The notes under the pieces were generated by a model. The model made no database searches. It worked only from the letters and a program-made list of their open reading frames with translations, and was not told the origin of the DNA. From an uncultured virus (IMG/VR IMGVR_UViG_3300032250_000289) (lineage: Duplodnaviria; Heunggongvirae; Uroviricota; Caudoviricetes), in the IMG/VR virus record IMGVR_UViG_3300032250_000289: 64,000 bases of DNA; one strand, written 5' to 3'. Position 1 is the stretch's first letter; each line of letters begins with the position of its first letter. Both the position numbers and the translations under genes were made by a program. Below, in pieces: positions 10,001 to 20,300 of the stretch.

Positions 10001-11898
10001 TCAAAAGAGATGAGTGCGCATCTTAATTCCATTTCTGTGGCAACATAGTATGCACCTAAACCATTAGCGTTAACTGCGGTGGCATCTAAAAGTATCTGCT
10101 GATAAGAACCAAACCCTCTTGGTATACTAACAGCGTTTGATCCTAGCTTTCCATAATATGGAAGTATTTGTTGTTTTAAAGATGTTTCCAAATCCCACTG
10201 TTTTCCTAGCAATAAATCTAACTTATCGCCCTCTACGCCATTTAATTTTTTACGTAGTTCTAGATTGTCTCTATCGGCATTACTGGAAAAGTAATACATA
10301 TCTACTTCTTGAGCGCCAACGATGAATTTATCGGTTGTCACGTTAGATAATTCATATCCAACATCTTGATTCTCGACATAAATTTCTTTAGATGACAAAC
10401 CATCAATATATCTTTTAATAGCACCATATTGTGGCTGTACAGAACGATCAATAGCATCGATTCTAATAATACCAGCAATTAATTTTGATTGTAATGCATT
10501 TTTATCAGCTATAGCATATATGGCTGAAGACTTTTCCATGATATCAACATTGTATTTGTATAAGAAGCTACAAGCTGGGTGATCAATAATTGGCAATAAA
10601 GATACGAACATATCATGGCTAGTTATATCGCAAATTTCCATAGCTAAATCAAGCATGTTGATTTGGTCAAAATCTAAATAATATAAATCTGGCAAAGTAG
10701 GTAAACCACTTAAATCAACAACGTAATTAAATCCTCTAAAATTAACAACACCCCCATAGCCAGCGACTTTATATTCATCTAGTAATATTCCATCTTTTTC
10801 CATCAAAGCGTATATAGCATCTCTTACTCTGTAGTATGGTATACCTTGACTACTTCTTCTGGAAAATCCAGTTCCAGTAATTGGAAAGCTCTCTGGTTTA
10901 ATTGTTGCGGTTATTAATGAAGGTAATCTAGGAGCTTCTAGTTGATATCTATCGTTTCCAGTGTATGTTATAGATCCATTATCCGCAGAAACATTTCTAG
11001 TTAGAATAGACTTTTTATATGTGGGGTTTGATTTATCACTAAAATTAGCATCGATAACCGCTTGTGATAAATTATGCTCTAAGAATCCGTATATATTGAG
11101 TATGTTCTTATTGCTATACACTGTGCCAGCATAGTTATTTAGGATTAATACTACGTTTGATAATATTTCTCTTGGGTCTATAACTTGAACTGAATACTGT
11201 GGGTTTCCTCCCATGCCACGATTTTGAGTATAAGTTTGTAGTATGCCGCCAAATACTAGATGGTCTTTTCCTCTAGCTTCACTATTCAGTGTTGGTCTAT
11301 AGTCCAGTATTTTCTTGGTAGCCATATCAACGTATTCATATGGCGCTAATGATTCTGTTGGACCATCAACATCAAAAATTCTACCGGTATCAACAAAAGG
11401 AACTCTAGTAATCCCGCCTATAACATCATAACCATATGTATCATCAAAGGTTTTGTAGTAAGCTTGCTGCACTGTTGCTAAATTTCTACCAAACTTAAAA
11501 AATACTGGAGATCCCACCATCGGCGGGGCAAATTGGTCGTGTACACCACTATGATATACGTCATCTCCGTAACCCATATATAAACCATCAGATGTGTTAT
11601 ATTCGTCATTTATTAAGTTGACACTAAGTGTTGAGCTAGTATCTCCAAATCCACCATTCATACTAAAATCAATAATAGATGCACCCAAAAATGTTTGCTG
11701 CACAAACCCCCTATTTCCAGAGGTCCATCCACCAACCGAAAAACTTTTTGGTATGGCTCCACTTGCTACCCACCTATCACCATAAATAGGAGCGTCTGGC
11801 TGAATTGATTGGTATCTAGTAATACCATCAGCGCCAACGATTGGTAATTTACCATAAGATATAATATTTTCTGGAGAAATATTTGGATTTAATGCCAT
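7030..11898 (-). CDS. putative tail-tip/baseplate hub-like protein
   Basis: 1622 aa in the post-tape-measure position; N-terminal FLGASIIDFSM..GFG..SSTLSVNL, FGGILQ and late PLVTNINVDIS..GIKTTY segments; C-terminal coiled coil. Confidence 0.5.
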   Translation of the reverse strand: MALNPNISPENIISYGKLPIVGADGITRYQSIQPDAPIYGDRWVASGAIPKSFSVGGWTSGNRGFVQQTFLGASIIDFSMNGGFGDTSSTLSVNLINDEYNTSDGLYMGYGDDVYHSGVHDQFAPPMVGSPVFFKFGRNLATVQQAYYKTFDDTYGYDVIGGITRVPFVDTGRIFDVDGPTESLAPYEYVDMATKKILDYRPTLNSEARGKDHLVFGGILQTYTQNRGMGGNPQYSVQVIDPREILSNVVLILNNYAGTVYSNKNILNIYGFLEHNLSQAVIDANFSDKSNPTYKKSILTRNVSADNGSITYTGNDRYQLEAPRLPSLITATIKPESFPITGTGFSRRSSQGIPYYRVRDAIYALMEKDGILLDEYKVAGYGGVVNFRGFNYVVDLSGLPTLPDLYYLDFDQINMLDLAMEICDITSHDMFVSLLPIIDHPACSFLYKYNVDIMEKSSAIYAIADKNALQSKLIAGIIRIDAIDRSVQPQYGAIKRYIDGLSSKEIYVENQDVGYELSNVTTDKFIVGAQEVDMYYFSSNADRDNLELRKKLNGVEGDKLDLLLGKQWDLETSLKQQILPYYGKLGSNAVSIPRGFGSYQQILLDATAVNANGLGAYYVATEMELRCALISFERWKNFLLTYNDLYMESVEQGDAEEIAAIQSTPNIPFGGNNVPHAPNGVNISNNYAVSVPRSVFPSYVNGNQYAQFGSDHLPKSPCNPPYGYPLYYKRATKIGIPEAGLTEISARLTTMVTNLAQLKSSDEENFKALINSEWNRLEDLSKSPMGLSEAEKEYFQHIKTLLNSNDSSTIEKTIGLIENNVTAMSKSFQILPKLAKKSTENAMRVYNFVKQIAEECLGKKFLVKIPKEVNLFYTSGLALKDYGGQEISNKVNEFASGMFGFRPLPINSGIGYEFSQAFKLTVQQDKAPFNPNADHMFHTFLSSGALPNSARYAGALAVNYNPIADIHEYNYTPSKDGGYFNFDLYDNVMTFSQVSGIVSYDNKPLGVRCLFVPQDLTNFISDNGRVSAYVRFDHSQNLGLDGLSPDSYTQQSVVANAMIPDLGDSLDNTKADRFNSFPTPYTDANRDQTQVESVVFVKCDIDDRFYMPPKMSARETYVYGTQVRDIGRMSKPVKIYQPCPINDYVDSIPYYMAHFVPTSGVLDDEDHKYQILDFKYRYNALFDSDIINTNLEDLDTDHVYALITLPGKIQPTQDARFRDGPMQQDNAEKVKHFLTMDTVKNVRGFDLPSQSRNAPTRILDRFKGIIPTAAADQAFLAAKEAIANLSFAEPYQINAIMPSPVYPDLVVLPLMSKERCYGPWVSSQLDGQASVYQNIGGRVEFIKDENLAPWNFEGYQLLNYAGRTQAEFSNSMLLFSERGGFVVPDAPEGVSLCKALIQGGPLVTNINVDISSNGIKTTYKLDLYTASFGKLQKQKQDAISKLSRERQKLKDEKNALIRKGLGKSQRGLNYKTVQEGLFNSMNNNNSYIANNNRSSSPNLMVASNSRTNQQVYSPNGGGAYGSNFGAVGDGGPINQNINGTSVSMQNTDTLSQTAENFPDQSTLRQNYYNSAAQSMDENYAPASHDPYHPNMAYRPDPMAGAKDKLYYTDGATVPSNITSHTV

Positions 11899-11900
11899 AA

Positions 11901-12476
11901 TTATGTCCTGTATTGTCTACTATATAAGTTGAATGTAACTGTCCCAAGCGTAATAAAATCAGACGGATCAAACGTAAAAGCAAAAGATAATGGATCAGTA
12001 ACCATGTTGGCGGGCTCAGAAGGAACGTTAGTTACACCAGAATGGTCGTAATGTACATATGGATTAAATATACTAAAGTCATTTATTGAATAGTCTCTAC
12101 TAGCCTTAGAATTTGATAAAGCTTGAATAAAAAAACTGTTAGGCTCATTATTGTTATTTACCAGCGTGTTTATATAGTCTGGTGGTTCTCTAATAAACTG
12201 TTTAGATTGATAATATTCTAGTCCAGTTGGTTCAACTATAGACTGTGTATAGTGACCAGCGCCAGTAAAAGTTTTGGGAGCAAAATTTGGTTTATAAATA
12301 TACTGTTCGTTTTGGGAAAAATCTAAAAAGTTAGCTTCACCAGAAGGTAATACTCCACTGGTATTAGCAAACCCGCTAGGTGTTGAAAACATTATAGATA
12401 GTAATTGAACACCCGAATCTATCGGGAAGAATGGCAATATTACATACTCTAATTTATTTGTTTGTCCTAGTGGCAT
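11901..12476 (-). CDS. hypothetical virion protein
   Basis: 191-aa ORF tightly packed between tail genes; several SG/TG motifs. Confidence 0.55.
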   Translation of the reverse strand: MPLGQTNKLEYVILPFFPIDSGVQLLSIMFSTPSGFANTSGVLPSGEANFLDFSQNEQYIYKPNFAPKTFTGAGHYTQSIVEPTGLEYYQSKQFIREPPDYINTLVNNNNEPNSFFIQALSNSKASRDYSINDFSIFNPYVHYDHSGVTNVPSEPANMVTDPLSFAFTFDPSDFITLGTVTFNLYSRQYRT

Positions 12477-12477
12477 A

Positions 12478-14343
12478 TTAATGATCCAATTCGTATACCC
12501 AGCTCAAATTTAAACTATATCTTCCTTCTTTTGGGTTCCAACTTTCACTCGGTGGATTAAGAAAATATTTCCTAATTCCCGGCTCATTAGCTGGACTCAA
12601 AGATGCTATAACATTATTAATTTGAGATCGTATGGGTTCGTTTAAGCTTGGTTTAGATAACAAATATCTGGTTCTATCTAGACCATAAGGAATGTCTGTA
12701 TAGTCTACAACCAATTCTATTCCAACATCTCTTTTGTATTCTGTTCTACCACCAATATATTGTAATACTGGACCTGTAGCTCTGCCGATTACTGGAATCA
12801 TAGCAAAAACATCGCCGGGATAAGTATCGTTAACACTAATATTTTCAGTTAAAACTCCACTAATTAAATTTAGCGGTCTATTATCAAACTCAACATTATA
12901 TGTTATTTCCCCAGTGAATTCATTAAGACCCAAGCTAACGCTTTTTGGTTGTGAATTTAAATTAGCGCCTACCGATGCGTTTGCTCTTTTATAAATGTCA
13001 GATATTAATCCAAATCTTCCACTATTACTAACCAAGTGATATTTATTTAGTGCATTTTGATACGCTGTATTCGGTGGGGTTGCTGGCTGTCTACCGTCAT
13101 TAAGTGTTAGAGGAAATGGATCGGCTGTTAAATTGCTTTCACCACCATAAACAGTTCCACTTGGAACAAGCAGACTAAGACCTTTTATAGTTCCATCTAT
13201 TGAAACATTAACGAATGGGCCACCAAGGCTACTACTAATTGACATCTTATAATTTTCATAAGCATCTTCTTGTGATAATAGCCATGTTTCTGATATGCTA
13301 TATGATCCAGCAATCCTATCAATATTTTCAGTTATTGAATGGTTATATCCTTTATACTTGTTTGATAAATTCAAAAGACCGCTAGCAAATACGTGTGTGT
13401 TGCCTTGATAATTAGGGTATTTTTGCCAATTGCCACTAGCATACCCTTGGTAGATAGTTCCATATAAAACGTTTTTATGAAGATAATTTCTCGCCTCAAC
13501 CCATGCATCAACTCTTGCTCCACCAACAGAATAGTGCGTTTTTCCCGTTGCTGAAGTATTTCTTGTTAATCTCCAAGCTTTTGTTACATTTCCACGACTT
13601 GTGGTATTTCCATTGCCATCTTCAGCTTCTAAACTCCAGCTTTCTGAAAAATCTTCTACAAATCCACCAAATTGCGCTTTCAGTTCGTTTTCTGTTAATC
13701 TTGAATTACCAAATCCATATATACCAGATTGTTCAGTACCAAAGTACCCACTAGTGCTTGAGTATGTAGAGTTGAGTGAGCCGTCAGTAAATACTTTATC
13801 ATCTTTATCTAATAACACATCAGCTCTTAAAGTAACTGTGTATTTGCAAGTGTTGACATAGATACCTTCCTCAAAATTAACTGATTGTACTTGAGGGTAA
13901 AATTTAAGAATTGGACGATCATCTTGCTCAACCCTATTTTGGCCAGCCGCAGCTTGTGATTGATTTGGTGGGGCGGGAACAGAATCATCATTTGATATTG
14001 GAGATAGCTCAATTAACTGTCCATCTAAAGCAAAAAGTTCTCTTAAGCTATTTTGCTTATGTATGATAGACTGCATAGCTTGACCAATGCCAACTAATTG
14101 ACCGTCTGGCCTTTTGGATAAAGATCCAAAAAAAGGTGCTGCAAAATCAGTGGCATTGCCAGTAGGAAGTATTCCACTACTAAATGGCGACCCCTCATTA
14201 TTAATAATTGTACCATTAAGAGTTATTTCATATGATCCACCAAATACCCCGACTTTATTTCTCAGAGGGGTATAAGATATAGAAATAAGTGGCGTTGGCC
14301 GAATAACACAGCCAGTGACATTTTTATAGTATACTGTTAGCAT
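12478..14343 (-). CDS. putative distal tail/tail-tip protein
   Basis: 621 aa with repeated beta segments (FSESWSLE, YSISETW, ITYNVEF, YSLNLSW); position in the tail operon. Confidence 0.5.
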   Translation of the reverse strand: MLTVYYKNVTGCVIRPTPLISISYTPLRNKVGVFGGSYEITLNGTIINNEGSPFSSGILPTGNATDFAAPFFGSLSKRPDGQLVGIGQAMQSIIHKQNSLRELFALDGQLIELSPISNDDSVPAPPNQSQAAAGQNRVEQDDRPILKFYPQVQSVNFEEGIYVNTCKYTVTLRADVLLDKDDKVFTDGSLNSTYSSTSGYFGTEQSGIYGFGNSRLTENELKAQFGGFVEDFSESWSLEAEDGNGNTTSRGNVTKAWRLTRNTSATGKTHYSVGGARVDAWVEARNYLHKNVLYGTIYQGYASGNWQKYPNYQGNTHVFASGLLNLSNKYKGYNHSITENIDRIAGSYSISETWLLSQEDAYENYKMSISSSLGGPFVNVSIDGTIKGLSLLVPSGTVYGGESNLTADPFPLTLNDGRQPATPPNTAYQNALNKYHLVSNSGRFGLISDIYKRANASVGANLNSQPKSVSLGLNEFTGEITYNVEFDNRPLNLISGVLTENISVNDTYPGDVFAMIPVIGRATGPVLQYIGGRTEYKRDVGIELVVDYTDIPYGLDRTRYLLSKPSLNEPIRSQINNVIASLSPANEPGIRKYFLNPPSESWNPKEGRYSLNLSWVYELDH

Positions 14344-17300
14344 TTATTTTCCTCTGATTGCTATTGGTAGCGATTCAGCATTAATTCCTATCCCGCTAGC
14401 CATAAATAAATTCATACCGGATGATACCACTATAGGATTTGGACAGTCTAAATACAGCCCCAACCCAGATGGTATTCCAGAAGCAAAGCCAACTACGGCA
14501 CTTTCGTACAATCCTAAAGTATTATACACAAATGCTGTATCATCCACATTTGTAAATACATTCATATTTGAAGCTGTGTTTAACTCTTTGCCATAATTAA
14601 AGAGTCTTAAGCCCTGCTTTACTGGTGTTCCATACATATATTGGGCATCAATTGATTCAATATATGGTCTATGTTCGATAAAACCCTTACTAACTGGGTC
14701 TTGACCAGAAGCTTCTAGGAAAATCTCTCCTTGATTATTAGTATATATTATGCCACTAACATAGTATCTAGTATCTGGCTTATCGTTATTTTTAACCTCT
14801 ATGAATACCTGTGGATTATTAAATTGGTCTCTTTCTCCATAGACTTTGGCTTGTATAAAGCTATTTGAATTGAAGAATGAGGACGGTTGTTTTCTTAGCA
14901 TAGAATCAAATACATAAGCTGATCCAGCTTTACTTAATGAGGGACTGTTGGCTCCACTACCAAAGGTGTGATGAGGAGTTGCTACGGCTAGAGTATAATC
15001 AGCGTCAGTTCTATTACTTTGACTAATAGCTACAGATTTTCCAAAGTAGTCGTTTTCAGTTCCAGACGGGATAATGCTACCATTTTTCTGTAATCTAGAA
15101 TTATAACCAACTGGAATAACCTTCTCTACCAAAGTCCATCTTTGTAGTTTTGCGGGCCAATCAACGATTTTATTTTCAAACATGAATACTGCGCCGTTGT
15201 TAAGAACTGTTCCGCTACTACTTGTTGAGTATCTTATTCCAGACTCACCAATATTAATAACTTTTCTATTGGGAATATTAAATTCACTACTAAAGGATTT
15301 TCTAATAAATGATCCGCTGCCACCAATCACATAGTTACTAAAATCATGACCGGGGGAACCAACAGCTATTACATCAGAGTCAATACTAACATCGTATCCG
15401 AACTGATCATTAATAATAGTATTCTGACTAAGTTCTTGTGAGCTATAATTATTAGCACCAAGATACATTCCAGACTGAGAAACTGATGTGCTACTTAAAT
15501 CTTGACCCACATTGATTGATGTTGGGCGTAACTTCTGAGTAAACTGCCAAGGAACTGTTGCTCCAAGTATTCCACTTCCTCTGTAAGTTTTTTCAAATAT
15601 ATAAACTGATCCGGCACCACCGTTATAACTAGCCTTGATGCCAGATGATACACCGCCACTTACATAGTAATTCCAAGGCTGAACAACGTCTTGTGAAAAT
15701 GCTGAGAATGGAGCGCCCACCACTAATTTATTCTGATATAAATCTATTGAATATCCGAATAGGTCACCACGATAACCAGATGGATATCTATCAAAATCTA
15801 AGTAGTCATAATTTGTATCCTTCATTATGGTTGGCATACCACCCTTATATGAAGAATCTTCATACATCTTACTTTCAATAATTCCGCTAAATTTAGAACA
15901 TCCCCCATATTCAATTTGTTCTGAACTAAACTTGCTCATCTCTCTAATTTTGATTAGTTCTATTTCTTCTTGAGTATAATAATCTTCCCAAGGATTTTCT
16001 GGTCTTAGAACATAATCTGGACTATATTTAGATTCGTTGTCATTAAAACTAGATAATGCTGACCTACTCATATTGCCAATATTAAATAATAGATTATGTC
16101 CACTATTTCCAATCATACTATATAATTTTTGTGGACTGCCGCGCTCTGGTGACACTATTTTAGTAAGAACATTAAACTGTCTACCATTATTATCAGATGA
16201 GAATGAAACTGATGGATACAGACTTCTAATAAATTCATAATTAGTCGTTGGTATTACACCATTGCTGTCAGCTAAGAATGGGCCTTGTAATAGACTAGAA
16301 TCGCCAATCAATGTGATGGTTGATCTAGTTGACCCAACAGTAAATGCTGACACGTTTTCAGCTTCTTGAGCAACTACAACTGGACCATCTTCAATTAATT
16401 GTCCACCAAGGCCACAGTCACTAGTTGGACAATATCCGGTGTTATCTGAACTAAATGGTATAAATCTTGATGGAATAACATAAGATCCTGCTGGACTTCC
16501 ATTAGAAGTTATCGCCCACTCATAACCAGTTTGTTCTTGTTCAAAGTATTCTTGTGTTAAAACCTTATTTTCTATTGGAAATAAAACTCCAGAAATACCT
16601 AATAATCTTACAGTTTTTGGAACATAGTTATAATTTTGACTTAACCCAGAAGCATTTGTACTTATGTACATGTTTATGCTAGATATCCCGCTTGGAATTT
16701 GCACATTAAAACTACCGGTTTGAACTTCTCCTATACCATTAAAAAATACTGGTAATGAGTATCCAATATTATCCTGCGCCACTTCATAATATGTATTTGT
16801 TTCATTATTAATATCTCTAATTGAATAAGGACCGGCACTTAAAGGTGCTGCTGGTAAACTAGCTTTTGTAGTTACATTAGACACTAATACATCTAATCTT
16901 AATGTTTCGGCAGGCGTTTCAGCGATGCCATCAATGAAAATCTTATATCCAGAACCGGGGGTTACTGGGAACGTCACTTTTGCAACACCGCTCTTTAGTC
17001 TCCAAAATCCATGAGTTATTAAAATATTATCTTCAATTGGTTGACCAGCGTAACAAATAGACCTTGAATTTGCTCCAAGTTTAATTGGTATAAATGTATC
17101 AACAAAACTATCAAATGATTGAATAGTGAATTTATTATTTATACCCCTAGAGATATAATTGTCTGTCATTGTTAAACCAATACCAATACTTGAAGCATAC
17201 TTGTCTTTTACTGGTATATAGTACGGCTCCATTGTTAAGCCCAAACTAGAAAATAGAGTTTTCATAGCGTTTGCTTTATCAATAGAATTATCATATGTAA

Positions 17301-20300
17301 TCACTAATTTCTTGTCACCAGAATTTAACCAATCTTTAAGTTCTTGGAGTTGAACTGTATCTGGCAAACCAGCCGGATTTGCTACCCAGCATACATCATA
17401 ACTGTCTGACAATTTATCAACATTAAGAGTGACGCTATTTCTATTCTTTTTAAATAACGAGTCTAATGAAGATGTTTCTGAACTGTACAAGAATGATGAA
17501 GCAGAAGATGAATTTTTATACGCATCTATAAAACTAGTTCTTTCCGTCCAAGAATTGAGTTGAGCAATTCTGGCTCCATCTTTTTTGTATACCATATTAG
17601 CATAGAAATTAATATTGTTATCACCAGCGCCTTGAGAAAGAGAATTTGGTATTTCTGTTGATAGTCCAGCTATAACTATTACCTTAGACGAACTACCAAA
17701 TAACTCTTCAGCACAGTAAATACTATTTGGTTCAAGCTGAACTGTACCTTGAGTTGTATAACTGTCTGGTATGCCAGAAGCTTGTAGTAATGATGCCCTA
17801 TCTTCAACTATTTCTGGTGTATAAAATCTTCCAGCGCTAGCTGTTGAGCCAATATTAGTATTTAAATATGTATAGTTACCACTATCATTTGACCATATAA
17901 ATTCAATACCACTATTGGGGCCGTTATTACTAAACTGAGTTATAGTACTATAAGTAGTATAGCGATTAGTTTTATAGGTTGGAAACTGTCCAGATGTTGC
18001 TGGACTTGCTGGATAGTATATCGTTTGTGGATCAGTATATCCACCAACAGTTAATAGTGGAATAGGCTCTTTACCAGCTAATGGATAAGTGCTTACAGAA
18101 ACATCGTTAGGATCACAGCACGGAGGGATATAGTTTCTAAAAACCAAAGGCCAGTTAACCGGATAAATAACAAGGTTAAATTGACAGTTAACGCATGATG
18201 ATAACCACTGCGCTCTTAAGTCGCCCTCATGAACTAATGGTAGTTCGCACTTGGTATTTAACTTACTATCTTCTGCTTCGTCGCATGGTGATGATGCGTA
18301 ATAATTTGGAAAATGCATCCTAATATCAGCAACGCCATAGCCTTTGAATTGTCGTGCGCGTATTGGACTATACGTACTATTTGTCGGCCTAAATGATGGC
18401 AGTATATTATTAAACGTTGGGATAACATCAGAGAGTGCTTCTTTAGCATTTCTAGCTGGATGCAATCTCATCTTAGAATTTAATCCACTCAACAGTTTAT
18501 TTATAATGTCATTTGATTTTTGGTAAATTCCACTCTGTTCCCAAATTGGATCATTACCAACCAATACTAAATTTCTATCTCCAAGTGATAACCAAGACGA
18601 AATATTGTTTACGACTTCATCACTAACAGCATCAACTTCTGGAGTAATGATAAACGCTAGTCCAGCATCCTGTGGTATATTTGGATCTGAAAAGTCTGTT
18701 TTTCTAAAGTTTTTATCATTCAATATTCCAGAAATATAATTATACTGTCTAATATCTGCTGGGCTACTATTGCTTTGTTGTAGATTTCCAAAGAAAGTAA
18801 ATTCTACCGCTGAATTATGTGGATAGTATTTCCTAGAGTCAAATACCCTAACTGCACCGGCATTAACATTAGACTTCCAGCTTGTTGGGATAATTCCATT
18901 TAGTTTATCAGTATTTAATGGATCGTAATATCCATTATTGATATATGCAACATTAATATCATCCCATTCATTTAAACTATCTGTGGGCGCACCAAACGCC
19001 ACAATGCTTCCATCGTCATTAACAGCGGCACTATAACCTAGTCTTGATGTTGGTAAGAATTTATCAGCAAGAAAACCCCATGTGCCAACAATTGGAATAT
19101 TTCCATAGCCATAGTTATAAATATTTTCATACTCATTAATATTTAGGTATTGTCTTACTTCGTATTTTTCTGAAGATGTTAATTCCAAGTATAGTATCTT
19201 ACCAGCATCAGCATTATTAGACCGAACCAAAGATGTATAGTAATCTAATAGGTTAGCAAATCGCCCAATGCCACCACGACTTGAACTCTTATTGGCTAGC
19301 CACGATCCGATGTTAAGGTATAATCTTGCTTTTTCTTCTGGTTTATACTCATAAACTTTACAGGCATCATTAATATACGGTGATCCAATAGCTATAACTT
19401 CAGTATTATTACTGATTGACACAGCGTGACCGAACCTGTCTGGAATTGCTTGAGCGTCAGAGGGAGAATTAATTTGTTGAATTAAATTCCATGACCCGCT
19501 TTCTTTTTCAAAAATGTATACTCTACCACCACTTGGTGGGGAATAATTAAATTCGCCTAAATTAGGATTATAATATTCGATGCCCACACCGCTGGTTAAG
19601 AATCTTAGCTGGTTATCTCGTATCAAACGTCCAGTATCTAATGTATGGTTCAATATCGTTTGACCCATTATTACCCAATCTTCAGCGGCTCCAATGTCTG
19701 GAGTAAATTCTGTAATAGCGCCAGAAGATTTCACATTATAGAAATCACGAACACCGCTAGCAAAACTATATTCTTTATAGTATTGTACGAATTGATCAAT
19801 AGCTGGCTCCAAAGCTTCTCGCCCTAGTGATCTACTATTGTCTACATAAAATCCTACTAATGGTGGAATATTATTATGTATTTTGCTAGTGTCGTATGGG
19901 AAAGCCTCAAGGAATGCTGATTTAATACCGCTTAGTATTTTTGCTGTGGTGGTTTCATTAACAAGTCCAAAATTTCTATTAATTTGCCTCTTTGTTATAA
20001 AGGCTGGCTTTGGTTCAGCAAAATCATTAGATGGTGTACTATAGTCATCATCTAGAGTTGGCTCAATTATTACTAGTTTTACATCAAAAGAAATTGGTGG
20101 ATTACTATAGTATTTATAGAGTATATCTTTATTGGAAACTGCACTTAGTATATCTCTATATGTTCTAGTCCAAGGGGCTACATCCAGTTGAATTTCTGGC
20201 TTGAATTCGTCAGTAAATATAATTAAACCAATTTGAATACCTGACGGTTTTAAATCTTCAAAAGTTCTATTCCACTTTGAGCTTGGTCCACCAACAACTA

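Noticed and set aside
19530..20280. Integrin-like I (vWA) domain in the FG-GAP protein
   Set aside because: IGLIIFTD is only suggestive; no DxSxS motif at the expected position, and the insert lies within a repeat rather than between repeats.
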